Origin: Nanobdellota archaeon
GTDB lineage: Archaea > Nanobdellota > Nanobdellia > Woesearchaeales > GW2011-AR9
Direction: 5' to 3'
Assembly: GCA_030697505.1 (NCBI GenBank)
Contig: JAUYPX010000026.1
Span: forward strand, 53,322 to 117,321
Length of the DNA stretch: 64,000 nucleotides
Shown here: positions 19,454 through 29,658 of the stretch, one piece after another
Position numbering within the stretch: position 1 is the first letter of the stretch
How the letters are laid out: the number at the start of each line of letters is the position of its first letter
The notes under the pieces: generated by a model
What the model was told of the DNA's origin: nothing
The model's database searches: none
Seen by the model: only the letters and a program-made list of their open reading frames with translations
Program-made: the position numbers and the translations under genes

Positions 19454-19479
19454 CTTCTTTTCAAGAAAAGAAGATTTTA
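19454..19479 (+). terminator. Hairpin plus T-run after the gmd-reductase pair
   Basis: CTTCTTTTC-aa-GAAAAGAAG inverted repeat followed by ATTTTA. Confidence 0.4.
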
Positions 19480-19550
19480 TAAAGGGAAGAATTTCTAAAA
19501 AAAAGATCATTCAAAATTCCACAGATCAAAATAAAAATGAGACCGCCGCT

Positions 19551-19949
19551 ATGAAATTCCAAGTGTTGAAACCGACCTGTAACCTTCAAACTATTTTTGA
19601 CGGTAGGGGCGGAATCTTTACCTGGGTTCCACAGGAAGCGATAATGGAGTTTAACCTGCTCTACTGCAATCCCGGAACGGTGAGAGGAAATCATTCCCAT
19701 CCTGAGTTTACGGAATACTTTCTGGTTGTTGAGGGTTCAGGAGTGATGGTATTCAAAGAAACTCCAGATTCAAAAGAAGAAGTGGTTCACATGTCCCGCG
19801 GAGTTTGCACTCGCGCCGAACCGGGGGTTGCTCATGCTTTTCATGCCATTACTCCCGTCGTTGTGGTGGCTATGCTTTCCAAACCCTGGGACACTTGTAA
19901 TCCGCCTATCGTCCATGAAGATGTTACTCTCAAAGGCATGAAAAAGTGA
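19551..19949 (+). CDS. Cupin-fold sugar ketoisomerase/epimerase-like protein (FdtA/WxcM-like)
   Basis: About 133 aa with RGNHSHPEF and a second His cluster (VAHAFHA). Start is at the internal ATG (MKFQV); the ORF track starts with GTG at 19416, spanning the upstream hairpin. Confidence 0.5.
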   Translation: MKFQVLKPTCNLQTIFDGRGGIFTWVPQEAIMEFNLLYCNPGTVRGNHSHPEFTEYFLVVEGSGVMVFKETPDSKEEVVHMSRGVCTRAEPGVAHAFHAITPVVVVAMLSKPWDTCNPPIVHEDVTLKGMKK

Positions 19950-20668
19950 AAACAGTTGCTTTGTTTGGGGCGAATGGATTTGTTGGCGGTGAAATTCTTA
20001 AAGCATTTCATCAAGCAAACCAATCAGCGGATCAATCATCAAACTATTCTGTATCTTCCATAACTCGGGAGAATTTTGAGAATTTTATGGGTAAAAGCTA
20101 CGACTATGTCATCAATGCGGCCATGCCTTCTGCTCGCTTCAAGGCAAAAAATGATCCTCTCTGGGATTTTCGCGAATCGGTGGAAAAAACGGCGAAAATG
20201 TATTATGGTTTTAAATGCAAGAAGTTCATCCAGATCAGTTCCATCTCTGCTCGCTGCCAGCCAGATACTATCTACGGCCGACATAAGCTTGCAGCAGAAT
20301 CGTTGGTGGATGACGGCAATAGTTTGATTGTGCGTCTCGGGCCGATGTATGCTTCTACTCTTTCCAAAGGAGTCTTGATAGACATGCTCAGAGGCGGCAA
20401 AGTCTTTGTCGGAGCTGATAGCAGATATGCTTTTGCTCCATTATCATTTATCGGCAAGTGGATTGTCAATAACTTGGATCGTAAAGGGATCGTTGAAGTG
20501 GGGGCAAAAAATTCGATTGCTTTAGGAGAATTGGCCAGGAAGTTGAACCTTGATGTGCATTTTGAAGGAAAAGATGACCATCAAGAAATACTGGGCCACG
20601 AGAATGATTTTCCAGACGTTGAGGTGGTTTTCGATTTTATGAGGGAACAGCAGAGGAAACTGAAATGA
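19946..20668 (+). CDS. Short-chain dehydrogenase/reductase-type NDP-sugar ketoreductase-like protein
   Basis: Rossmann ALFGANGFVGGE and YGRHK (YxxxK). 240 aa. 4-bp ATGA overlap with the upstream gene. Confidence 0.55.
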   Translation: MKTVALFGANGFVGGEILKAFHQANQSADQSSNYSVSSITRENFENFMGKSYDYVINAAMPSARFKAKNDPLWDFRESVEKTAKMYYGFKCKKFIQISSISARCQPDTIYGRHKLAAESLVDDGNSLIVRLGPMYASTLSKGVLIDMLRGGKVFVGADSRYAFAPLSFIGKWIVNNLDRKGIVEVGAKNSIALGELARKLNLDVHFEGKDDHQEILGHENDFPDVEVVFDFMREQQRKLK

Positions 20669-21915
20669 AAAGGCAAAAAATCAAGGCCTGCCGCATTTGT
20701 GGAAATGCAGATCTGATTCCCTGCATCGACATCGGCGCGCAGTATCTTTCCTCAATTTTTCCTGAAGATTTGAACTATAGGGACAGTTTACAAAAATATC
20801 CTCTGGAAATTGTCCAGTGTTTGAAGTCTAATGGGGACCGATGCGGGGTGCTGCAGTTGGCGTATGATTGTGACCTCTCTGAAATGTACAAATATTACCC
20901 TTATACGAGCAGTTCCAACACCTCCATGCGCAAGATTTTAGAAGAGGTAGCCAATAGCGCCAAGGCGCTCCAAAACTTAAAACCAGGAGATACGATTCTT
21001 GATATTGGTTGTAATGATGGCACCTTGCTTTCCTTTTTCGAATCAGAGGAATTCAATTTGATAGGGATCGATCCTGCTCAAAACATTGAGAGCAAAGTCA
21101 ATTCTTCGAAATTTAAAAGAGTCAAGGCTTTCTTTTCAGAACCATCTTTCAAAAGCGTGTCAAAGAAGAAAGCTAAAATAGTTTTTAGCGTCGCCATGTT
21201 CTATCACTTGAATGACCCGATCCAATTTTGCCGGGATATCAATTCCATTTTGGATGATCGAGGGGTAGTCATTATACAGATGGCTTATCTTCCTGCTATG
21301 ATCAAAACCAATATGTATGACAACATTGTCCATGAGCATATCGCTTATTATGGAACTCAACATCTTAAATGGATTCTCGACCGGGCCGGCCTGGAAATTT
21401 TTGACGTAGCGCTCAATGATGTTTATGGGGGAAGTTTTCGCGTCCTTGCCAAAAAGAAAGGAGACCCGACGTATAAAATCACTGACCGGCTTTTGAAAAA
21501 CTTGCAAGAGGAATTAGCAGGAGGGATTTTTGATAACCTTATCTATAAACGTTTCATGGAAAGAGTGGATTCCAGCAGACGTGAGTTGTGTGAAGTGATT
21601 GATAGATTAAAAAAAGAAGGAAAAAATATTTGGGTTTACGGCGCTTCCACCAAAGGGAATACTATAATGCAATATTGTGGGATCGGAGCTCGGGAGATAA
21701 CTGCAGCCGCTGACTCCAATCCTTTTAAATTTGGGAAATATCTGATCGGATCGGATATTCCGATACGGGATGAAAAGGCCATGAGATCTGAAAAGCCGGA
21801 TTATCTTTTAGTTTTGCCATACAGTTTTGTGCAGGCCTTTCAGGAGCGTGAATCAGATTTGATTCAGATGGGGACGCGTTTTATTGTTCCGCTTCCGGAA
21901 GTGAAAATTATCTAA
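20665..21915 (+). CDS. TylCIII-like sugar C-methyltransferase family, paralog 2 (intact N-terminal Cys4 zinc-ribbon)
   Basis: CRICGN...C...C N-terminal ribbon, LDIGCNDGTL, VAMFYHLNDPIQF, VYGASTKGNT and KPDYLLVLPYSF. Confidence 0.75.
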   Translation: MKRQKIKACRICGNADLIPCIDIGAQYLSSIFPEDLNYRDSLQKYPLEIVQCLKSNGDRCGVLQLAYDCDLSEMYKYYPYTSSSNTSMRKILEEVANSAKALQNLKPGDTILDIGCNDGTLLSFFESEEFNLIGIDPAQNIESKVNSSKFKRVKAFFSEPSFKSVSKKKAKIVFSVAMFYHLNDPIQFCRDINSILDDRGVVIIQMAYLPAMIKTNMYDNIVHEHIAYYGTQHLKWILDRAGLEIFDVALNDVYGGSFRVLAKKKGDPTYKITDRLLKNLQEELAGGIFDNLIYKRFMERVDSSRRELCEVIDRLKKEGKNIWVYGASTKGNTIMQYCGIGAREITAAADSNPFKFGKYLIGSDIPIRDEKAMRSEKPDYLLVLPYSFVQAFQERESDLIQMGTRFIVPLPEVKII

Positions 21916-22016
21916 TAAGAATTCGCAAGAGTTTTTCAAAGAATCTCTAACCAGTAGTGAAAACAAAGATTCTTAATCTTTAAATAGAAATCTGGCCCCA
22001 TCACCGGTTAAGAAAG

Positions 22017-23180
22017 TTGTGGTTACCTATGGATTGGAAAGTGCCGTTATTTAAAACCTATAATGACAATGATGACCTAGCGGCAGTCAGTTCTGTTATA
22101 CGTCGAGGGACCTATTGGGCTATAGGGCCGGAGATCCAAGAGTTTGAAAATAAGATTGCGCCATTCATTGGAAAAAAATATGCGCTTTCTTTTAACTCTG
22201 GAACTTCTGCCTTGCATGCTCTTCTAGAAGCATACAACATAAAAGGAAAAGAAGTGATCGTACCTTCATTTACCTTTATAGCTACTGCCAATGCAGTACT
22301 GCTTGCCGGCGGAATCCCCGTTTTCGCGGAATCAGAAGATACCACCTTTGGGTTGGATGCAGAAGATGTTGAGCGAAGGATTACGAAAAATACGGTTGCT
22401 GTGATGCCTATCCATTACGGTGGTTGTGTAGCTAGAGATATCGAAAAAATTCGGGATCTTTGTGTTCAGAAGGGGCTTCTCCTGATAGAAGATGCTGCCC
22501 AATCATTCGGAGCGGCCATGAACGGCACTAAAGCCGGCTGCTTTGGCGATGCTGCGATGTTCAGCTTTTGTCAGAATAAAGTTATTACCACTGGCGAAGG
22601 AGGAGTAATAGTTACTGACTCTCAAAAGCTCTATGAGAAGCTAAAATTACTAAGGTCTCATGGGCGGGTCGAGGCAACCCAGGATTACTTTTCTCATATC
22701 GGGGATAACGAATATGTAGAAGCAGGATATAATTTTAGAATGCCAAGCATTTCTGCGGCTTTAGGATTATCACAATTAAGAAAATTTGCAGTGCTACAGG
22801 AGAAGCGAAGGCATAATGCCTCAATTTTAGATTGTGAACTTGGTAAGATAGATCCGCGCCTTCTTCGCATACCTTTTAGATCAGGCCGCTTTGAACAGGT
22901 ATATCAGATGTATACGCTCTTACTGGAAAATAAAATAATCCGGGATGGATTGCAGAAATTCCTGGAGCAGAAAGGCATCATGTCTAAAATTTATTTTACG
23001 CCAGTGCATCTTAAAGAGTTATATATCAAGAGATCAGGATATCAGAAAGGCAATCTTCCGCGGACAGAATTATTGTCTGATAGAGTTCTTACCATTCCCC
23101 TCTATGCCGACCTAAGTCCAGATGATCTGCAGTACATCATCAATTCTATTGTTTCTTTCTGCGAAAAGGCGGCCCCATGA
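22017..23180 (+). CDS. DegT/DnrJ/EryC1-family PLP sugar aminotransferase
   Basis: NSGTSALHALL, and the catalytic Lys is retained in FSFCQNKVITTGEGGVIVTD (so not a ColD-type dehydratase). Confidence 0.85.
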   Translation: MWLPMDWKVPLFKTYNDNDDLAAVSSVIRRGTYWAIGPEIQEFENKIAPFIGKKYALSFNSGTSALHALLEAYNIKGKEVIVPSFTFIATANAVLLAGGIPVFAESEDTTFGLDAEDVERRITKNTVAVMPIHYGGCVARDIEKIRDLCVQKGLLLIEDAAQSFGAAMNGTKAGCFGDAAMFSFCQNKVITTGEGGVIVTDSQKLYEKLKLLRSHGRVEATQDYFSHIGDNEYVEAGYNFRMPSISAALGLSQLRKFAVLQEKRRHNASILDCELGKIDPRLLRIPFRSGRFEQVYQMYTLLLENKIIRDGLQKFLEQKGIMSKIYFTPVHLKELYIKRSGYQKGNLPRTELLSDRVLTIPLYADLSPDDLQYIINSIVSFCEKAAP

Positions 23181-24547
23181 CCTTGTCTGATGGTTATTTT
23201 GTGGAGGAAAAAGCAGGCATAAAGGAAGTTATGTCGGTGATAAATCATAACAGCATCAGGATGGTTATCGTGGCAGATCCTACGCGCAAATTGATAGGGG
23301 TCATTACCGATGGCGATATCCGCAGGGCTATCTTAAAGGGTTTTTCCATCAACGATCCTGTCGGCCTGATAGTGAATAGGGCCCCTTTTTTTGCTGCGGC
23401 AGATACTCCTCCGCAGGTACTTATTGAACAGTTTAGAAAAGAACGATACTTTGGAATTCCAATTGTTGATAAAGAAGGAAAGGTCATTGATATCGCCTTT
23501 CCTGATTCTGGCACCTTTTCTTTTTTGAGCGATAACCTACAAAAATCGCGCCGTCTTGAAAAGATACTGGTGATCGGCGGCGGAGGATACATCGGAAGTA
23601 ATCTCGTCCGGAGACTTCTTAAGCAGAGCTACACCGTAAGAGTTTTAGATAAGTTCATGTATGGTGAACAATCCTTAGCAGATATCCGAAATGATCCCAA
23701 ATTAGAAGTGGTCAATGGAGATACCCGGCATCTGGAAATACTAAGCCAAAGCATCCAAGATGTTGATGCGGTAGTTCATCTGGCAGAATTAGTTGGTGAC
23801 CACGCCTGTTCCATCAATACTAAAGTGACGCAGGATATCAATTACCTGGCCACTTCGTTGGTCGCATCTGTCTGTAAGCATTATCAGATCAATCGCTTGG
23901 TATATACTTCTTCTTGCAGTGTTTACGGTGGATCTGAAGGTAATGAATTACTCTCTGAGAATTCAATGTTAAATCCTATTTCTCTTTATGCTAAGATGAA
24001 AGTGAATTCAGAGCAAGCATTGATAGCTATGGCGGACAAAAATTTTGGCCCTACCATCCTTAGGCTTGCTACAGTATATGGATGGTCAGACCGCCCACGA
24101 TTTGATCTGGTAGTCAATACTCTAGCCGTCAAAGCATTGCAAGAAGGAAAAATCACCTTATTTGGCGGAGATCAATGGAGGCCAAATGTGCATGTGGCAG
24201 ACGTCGCCAAGGCCATCCAGCTGGTGCTGGAAGCCCCTTTTGATCTTGTCGCCAATCAAATATTTAATGTGGGATCTGAAGATCAAAATTATACCATCTC
24301 TCAGCTAGGGGACATCATTAAAGCGGAGATCCCTACTGCCTCGATCGAGGTACATTCAGAATTAACTGATAAAAGAAATTATAAAGTTGATTTTTCAAAG
24401 ATAAGAAACCAGCTTATTTTTAAGCCTGATTTTCAGATAGCCCATGCTGTCGCTGAAATCTCTAAGGCCTTTCAAGATAATAAAGTAGGAGACTATCTTA
24501 ACCCTATATACCATAATCATAAATTTCTTCAAGAAAAACTTTCCTAA
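23177..24547 (+). CDS. CBS-pair domain fused to an extended-SDR NAD-dependent epimerase/dehydratase
   Basis: N-terminal about 120 aa have two CBS-like repeats (VIVADPTRKLIGVITDGDIRRAIL...GIPIVDKEGKVIDI). They are followed by VIGGGGYIGSNLVRRLL and YAKMK. Confidence 0.7.
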   Translation: MTLSDGYFVEEKAGIKEVMSVINHNSIRMVIVADPTRKLIGVITDGDIRRAILKGFSINDPVGLIVNRAPFFAAADTPPQVLIEQFRKERYFGIPIVDKEGKVIDIAFPDSGTFSFLSDNLQKSRRLEKILVIGGGGYIGSNLVRRLLKQSYTVRVLDKFMYGEQSLADIRNDPKLEVVNGDTRHLEILSQSIQDVDAVVHLAELVGDHACSINTKVTQDINYLATSLVASVCKHYQINRLVYTSSCSVYGGSEGNELLSENSMLNPISLYAKMKVNSEQALIAMADKNFGPTILRLATVYGWSDRPRFDLVVNTLAVKALQEGKITLFGGDQWRPNVHVADVAKAIQLVLEAPFDLVANQIFNVGSEDQNYTISQLGDIIKAEIPTASIEVHSELTDKRNYKVDFSKIRNQLIFKPDFQIAHAVAEISKAFQDNKVGDYLNPIYHNHKFLQEKLS

Positions 24548-24548
24548 G

Positions 24549-24643
24549 TTTTAGTTGAGGACAATAGTTCTGCATATCTTTTCTTTTGAAAAGTCACGAA
24601 CGAAGTGACTTGAAATTTCTCCTCAACTAAAGTTTGGAAGACC
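24549..24643. terminator. Nested inverted repeats between convergent genes (bidirectional terminator candidate)
   Basis: Outer arms TAGTTGAGGA (24552-24561) and TCCTCAACTA (24620-24629). Inner perfect hairpin AAGTCAC-gaacga-AGTGACTT (24591-24611), with a T-run on the minus-strand side. Confidence 0.5.
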
Positions 24644-24650
24644 TGGATCA

Positions 24651-26513
24651 TTATGTATTAATTATGTCTTCCATTATTTTGCCAGTTTCTGTCGGATCCA
24701 ATACCTCATAAATAGTCACATCTTCATCTTGATACCTTACTACTGCAAATGTAGATATATCTCTTTGCATCAGCTGCTTTTCATAAGGGCCGATGATAAT
24801 GTAATCTAACTTAAAAATAGGAGTTAACTCTTCCCAATTTACCGGTAAGGCGTGATAAGAATCTTTAATCTTCTGTTTAAATTCTGGCGGCATATAACAT
24901 CCAGTATTTGAAAAGAAAGCCTCGAAGGTGATGAGAGAAGAAACTGTCTCTTCATAAGTTGAATAATTGAATTCTTTTTTTCCCCCTTCGAGATACTGTT
25001 TTAAACTATCTCGAGTAGAAGGACAGGGCTTATGTAAGAATACAAAGTTTTCTGTCGAAACATTAAGAAGCCGATATGCTACTAATCTTCGCATTATAAC
25101 TTCTGAAATTGAAACTGATTCTCCTCGAGCACTAGGCACGTAGTTCTGGTTATGTGTATATATGGGAACTAAAAGGATCACATCCGAACTTAAGGTTAAG
25201 ACCACCTCATCAGGATCAGTATTCTCTGTTAGCCACGTAAACGCGTTCCGCTGGTAATCAGGAAGAGAGTAAGAGGAGTACATAGTTGTAGCAAATGCCA
25301 CCTGCCAAATAAGCCCAAATAAAAGGAAGAAAATCATAATCATTATTGGAAACTTCTGTACCATCTTTATCTTGGTTTGGCTAGACCATAAACTCATAGC
25401 ATGAACTATAGTCAAGATCAGTACCGGCCAAACCGCAGCCGAGAGCCATTGCCGATGATCGAGCGAATAGCCGGTTAATACTTGTATATTCATAACTGCC
25501 AGGCTGGAAAATAACAAAGTGATTATAAAGAAAAAATTTTCCTTAGATTGTCCTAATTGTTCAACTCTTTTGTATGAGTAGTAACTATAACCTATGTAAA
25601 AGGCCGCCACGACTAATAAAAGCGCCGAATAAGGTAGGTCTGGAAAGTGGGTAAATTTTGCTCCACTTAATCTAAGAAGCAGAGCTGTTTTCTCGCCCAA
25701 ATTATGGCGTGTAAAAAGTAAAAAATTAGTTATTCCAAAGGAGAACACAATTAATAAATAAGTCCCTATTTTCAATAGGCTATTTTTTCTCAGAACCGTA
25801 AAAGTAAGTAATAAAATTATGATGGCCATGACGGCATAGACAGTCCAATAATAGAAATAAGTAAAAAACAATAAGCCGCCGCTTATACCGCTCAAGAATA
25901 CATATTTCCATTCTCTCTTCTGAAGTAAAAGTAATAAGAATAACAAAGCTAAAGCAAAGATAATAAAGTTAAAAAGAACCGGATAAAATCGAGAAAAATA
26001 TCCTATCGGCTGAGCAATTTTATGGGTTAGGAAATAAAACAGGTTGGTTGCGGGGAAATATAACAGCGGCGCAGCCATGCAAGAGATTTTTTTATTTGAA
26101 GTTAATCGAAAAGCAATTGCATACACTAATAATGAGCCTATGAAAGGGAATATGAAAAAAGAAAAAATGTATATTGGTGTAAGCCCGCCTAAAATTATAC
26201 CTAAGCCTCCTAAAACCATGGCTGGCAAAGGTCCTGCGTGAGAAGGAATTGTTTTGTCCTGCCATTCCCATATTGTAGACCTTGGAATCAAGTGCCCTTC
26301 TATAACATCATGCACATAACCAGCATAAAGCGCCTCATCAGTTAATCTACCGCCAACACCCTTCACGACAAGCGGTAAATATTCTACGCCTTCGTCTTGA
26401 AGTAGAGGTATCAGTATATGCGGTAAGAAAAAAATACTTCCAACTAGAAAAGCCACTAATATTCCATAACGATGTTCTAAAATTACTTTTAATATTTTAT
26501 TAACAGATTTCAT
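24651..26513 (-). CDS. Polytopic membrane protein, PMT_2/ArnT-like GT-C glycosyltransferase candidate, paralog A
   Basis: About 14 TM helices. First-loop acidic motif TDEALYAGYVHD plus SHAGPLPAMVLGG (hPPL-like), as in GT39/GT83. Paralog of 32685..34541. Confidence 0.45.
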   Translation of the reverse strand: MKSVNKILKVILEHRYGILVAFLVGSIFFLPHILIPLLQDEGVEYLPLVVKGVGGRLTDEALYAGYVHDVIEGHLIPRSTIWEWQDKTIPSHAGPLPAMVLGGLGIILGGLTPIYIFSFFIFPFIGSLLVYAIAFRLTSNKKISCMAAPLLYFPATNLFYFLTHKIAQPIGYFSRFYPVLFNFIIFALALLFLLLLLQKREWKYVFLSGISGGLLFFTYFYYWTVYAVMAIIILLLTFTVLRKNSLLKIGTYLLIVFSFGITNFLLFTRHNLGEKTALLLRLSGAKFTHFPDLPYSALLLVVAAFYIGYSYYSYKRVEQLGQSKENFFFIITLLFSSLAVMNIQVLTGYSLDHRQWLSAAVWPVLILTIVHAMSLWSSQTKIKMVQKFPIMIMIFFLLFGLIWQVAFATTMYSSYSLPDYQRNAFTWLTENTDPDEVVLTLSSDVILLVPIYTHNQNYVPSARGESVSISEVIMRRLVAYRLLNVSTENFVFLHKPCPSTRDSLKQYLEGGKKEFNYSTYEETVSSLITFEAFFSNTGCYMPPEFKQKIKDSYHALPVNWEELTPIFKLDYIIIGPYEKQLMQRDISTFAVVRYQDEDVTIYEVLDPTETGKIMEDIINT

Positions 26514-26609
26514 TTTCGAATAGGATTATATTGTTTTTCACCATATCATATAAAAACTTTTGCCCCTGAATTTCTTGCTTAAAAGTTATTTAAAATGTCT
26601 CTACAAAAA

Positions 26610-27812
26610 TCATCTATCTTGAGCTGTAAAAATAACCTTGGGATCCCATACTTTAGATTCCGGTTTAGATTCCGGCCTGATCAACCCTGACAACGCTTGG
26701 TGTTCAATTAATTTCTGATAAATCAGTTCAGCGCCTTTATTATTTCCTTTCTTATTCCAATGGGGATTTAGCGTCCAATATAAATCATCTTTTTCATCGT
26801 GCGCTAACAATCCGGGCAGGAGATCGATAACCACTATATTTTCTTCTTCAGCCCACTTTAAAAATATTTTATTTGGCTTAGCAAAATCATCATAGGCTTT
26901 ATTGGTAGCTGACCCTTCGTTAATTATATCTTTTTGCAGATCAGCATAAACCTGGAATTTTGCCGGGATAAAGACTATAGCAAAAGGAATATTGTTTTCC
27001 TCCGTGAATTGGTGCATTTCTTTGATTAAGGTAAAAGTCCTCTCCAACTTTAAATTGGTATCCTCGGTATAATTAACTTCATAAATATTAGAAATTCCGT
27101 CCCGATTATAAATTGTATCGCCTCCTACTAATTTCCCCAGCTTTGGGCCCATGATATTAACGGCGGTTCTTTCCGTCAGCCGGTAAGAATCTAAATTATT
27201 AAATAAAAAATTTCTAAACAGTTTCAATGGTTTTTGCTTGCTTTTTCTTTTAACGACTAACTGGCCTTCAGGATTAACTTCCCGTTCGCCTGAGACCATA
27301 TTATCGTCAAAGTCATTGGGGTAAAAATGCAGTAAAACCATATCTGGCTTCAATTTTATCCCTCTGCTTTTAAGGTACAACAATTCTTGATCCGTCCCGT
27401 ATCCAGGTACGCCTGCTTTCATAACTTGAAAATTTTTACCATTGCTATTCTCATTTAGCCTAACTTCCAATTGTTTAAGGAAGGTTTCATCTAATTCTGT
27501 GCCGTAAGCTCCCCAAACAAAAGAGTCGCCTAAGGCCAGTATCCTAAAGTCATCAATGTTTTTTTCAGAATATTCACGGTCATTCATCCCATCTGAATTG
27601 ATTTTAAATTTAGTTTTAAATTCTGGCTTGATAAGTTCCCCACTTATCCCTGGGACAATTTTATAGTCCAATAAATCATCATTTTCATATAAGCCATCTG
27701 GATAACCATACAGTGCGGACACCCCTGATATCCGCACCCCTATTTCCAAAAAGACTAAACACACCATAGTAGTGACCAAAAGTAAAAGAATATTAGACAG
27801 TAACTTGTTCAT
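26610..27812 (-). CDS. Membrane-anchored SGNH/GDSL-type hydrolase (esterase or O-acyl transferase-like)
   Basis: Single N-terminal TM, then the block-I motif ILALGDSFVWG. Confidence 0.6.
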   Translation of the reverse strand: MNKLLSNILLLLVTTMVCLVFLEIGVRISGVSALYGYPDGLYENDDLLDYKIVPGISGELIKPEFKTKFKINSDGMNDREYSEKNIDDFRILALGDSFVWGAYGTELDETFLKQLEVRLNENSNGKNFQVMKAGVPGYGTDQELLYLKSRGIKLKPDMVLLHFYPNDFDDNMVSGEREVNPEGQLVVKRKSKQKPLKLFRNFLFNNLDSYRLTERTAVNIMGPKLGKLVGGDTIYNRDGISNIYEVNYTEDTNLKLERTFTLIKEMHQFTEENNIPFAIVFIPAKFQVYADLQKDIINEGSATNKAYDDFAKPNKIFLKWAEEENIVVIDLLPGLLAHDEKDDLYWTLNPHWNKKGNNKGAELIYQKLIEHQALSGLIRPESKPESKVWDPKVIFTAQDR

Positions 27813-27888
27813 TTTCTCTCCTAAAAAATAACATTATTTAAATATTTCGCATCACCGGGCTCGTGAAAAATGAGAATACGTAACTTCC

Positions 27889-29649
27889 TCAATCCTTCGC
27901 AACCGTCTCACTATCCCACTTATCTTTAGGGTTTTCCTCTCGTTTAATAAGATACTTTCCCATCATTACGTAATCTATTCCCGTACCCATCATGCATTTA
28001 TACGCGTCATGCGGCGTACAGACAATCGGTTCTCCGCGGATATTAAATGAAGTGTTAATCAAAATAGGGACCCCGGAAAGTGTTCCAAATTCCTTAATAA
28101 GATCGTAGTAGGAAGGATTTTGTATTCTCCGAATAGTTTGCAGCCGTCCTGAACCGTCTACGTGAGTAACCGCAGGGATTTTCTTCCGCCATTCTTTCTT
28201 GACTGGATAGACCATCAGCATATAATCAGTTGGTTCAGGAATAGGCTGATCGCAGTCAAAATAGGTTAAGGCGTCGTCCTCGCAGACTACTGGAGCAAAA
28301 GGCCTGAATTTTTCCCGATGCTTAACTTTCTGATTTAAGATTTCCTGCATTTTTTTATTGCAAGGGTTGGAAAGGATACTCCTGGTTCCTAACGCTCTTG
28401 GTCCCCATTCCATTCTTCCTTGGAACCATCCTACCACGTTGTTTTCGTAAATTAGTTTAGCAGTAGTGGAGACCAGTTCTTTCTCATCGGCAAAGGCAGC
28501 GTAGGTAACTTTGTTGCTATCCAAAAAATTCTTAATTTCTGAGTTAGTAAAAGAAGGACCAAGATACGCAGTAGTTAAAGTGAAATTCCGCGGGTGATTG
28601 AGAATAGTATGATAAATATATGAAGCAACACCAATGCTATTTCCGCCATCAGTAGCATTAGGCTGGATCCATATTTTTTTAAAAGGAGTGTTACGAAGAA
28701 TCTTACCGTTAGCTACACTGTTAAGAGCGACTCCTCCACCAATAATGAGGTTATCGCATTTGGTAACCGCATGAAGATGCTTCAGCATTTTGAACAGCAC
28801 TTCTTCGGTTATCATTTGCAAGGCAGCAGCGATATCTTTATGGCGCTGAGTTACTTCAGATTCTGGTTTTCTGATTTTACCCTCTAGCAGCTTGCATAAT
28901 CTCCTGGAAGGCATCTTATCTCCATAATGATAGGTAAAATAACCCATATCCATGCGGTAGCTTCCATCATCTTTAATATCGATGATCTTCTTTAGCTGGT
29001 GATAGTATTTATTTTCAGTTTTATTCATATTGCCGTAAGGGCTTAAACCCATTACTTTATATTCGGAGTTGTTGACGCTGAATCCCAAATACCCAGTTAT
29101 GGTGGAATAAAGAAGTCCCAGAGAGTGCGGGAACTTAATTTCTTTCATCAAATGGATTTCGTTTCCTTCTGCCAATCCATAGGAAGTAGTGGTCCATTCC
29201 CCTACCCCATCTACAGTAAGCACCGCTGCTTTATCGAACGGGCTCACCAGAAATGAACTGGCAGCGTGGGCAAGATGGTGATGTATAAAAAAAACATTTC
29301 CTTGGTACTGTAATTTTTTTCGTATGGTTTTCATCACTCGCAGCTTTTGATTGATCCAAGAAGGAAGAGAACTGACAAAAGTTTTGAAACTAAAAGGAAA
29401 CATTTCTAAATGCTGGGAGAGGATACGCTCGAACTTGAGAAAGGGCTTTTCGTAAAATCCGACAAAAGCAACCTCGTTAATAGTAATATGCTGGCTTTCT
29501 AAGCAATACCTGATTGCATTAAGAGGGAAAGAGGCATCATGTTTCTTACGAGTGAATCGTTCTTCTTCTGCTGCCGCCACAATGACTCCATCTTTCAGCA
29601 ACGCCGCAGAGGAGTCATGATAATAACAGCTGATTCCTAGTACGTACAT
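27889..29649 (-). CDS. NodU/CmcH-family carbamoyltransferase
   Basis: Canonical N-terminus MYVLGISCYYHDSSAALLKDGVIVAAAEEERFTRKKHD. 586 aa. Confidence 0.85.
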   Translation of the reverse strand: MYVLGISCYYHDSSAALLKDGVIVAAAEEERFTRKKHDASFPLNAIRYCLESQHITINEVAFVGFYEKPFLKFERILSQHLEMFPFSFKTFVSSLPSWINQKLRVMKTIRKKLQYQGNVFFIHHHLAHAASSFLVSPFDKAAVLTVDGVGEWTTTSYGLAEGNEIHLMKEIKFPHSLGLLYSTITGYLGFSVNNSEYKVMGLSPYGNMNKTENKYYHQLKKIIDIKDDGSYRMDMGYFTYHYGDKMPSRRLCKLLEGKIRKPESEVTQRHKDIAAALQMITEEVLFKMLKHLHAVTKCDNLIIGGGVALNSVANGKILRNTPFKKIWIQPNATDGGNSIGVASYIYHTILNHPRNFTLTTAYLGPSFTNSEIKNFLDSNKVTYAAFADEKELVSTTAKLIYENNVVGWFQGRMEWGPRALGTRSILSNPCNKKMQEILNQKVKHREKFRPFAPVVCEDDALTYFDCDQPIPEPTDYMLMVYPVKKEWRKKIPAVTHVDGSGRLQTIRRIQNPSYYDLIKEFGTLSGVPILINTSFNIRGEPIVCTPHDAYKCMMGTGIDYVMMGKYLIKREENPKDKWDSETVAKD

Positions 29650-29658
29650 GGGATCCCC

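Noticed and set aside
19416-19550. Upstream GTG-initiated extension of the cupin ORF
   Set aside because: The extension would read through the upstream terminator-like hairpin and a TATA-like box. The conserved cupin domain begins at the internal ATG at 19551.
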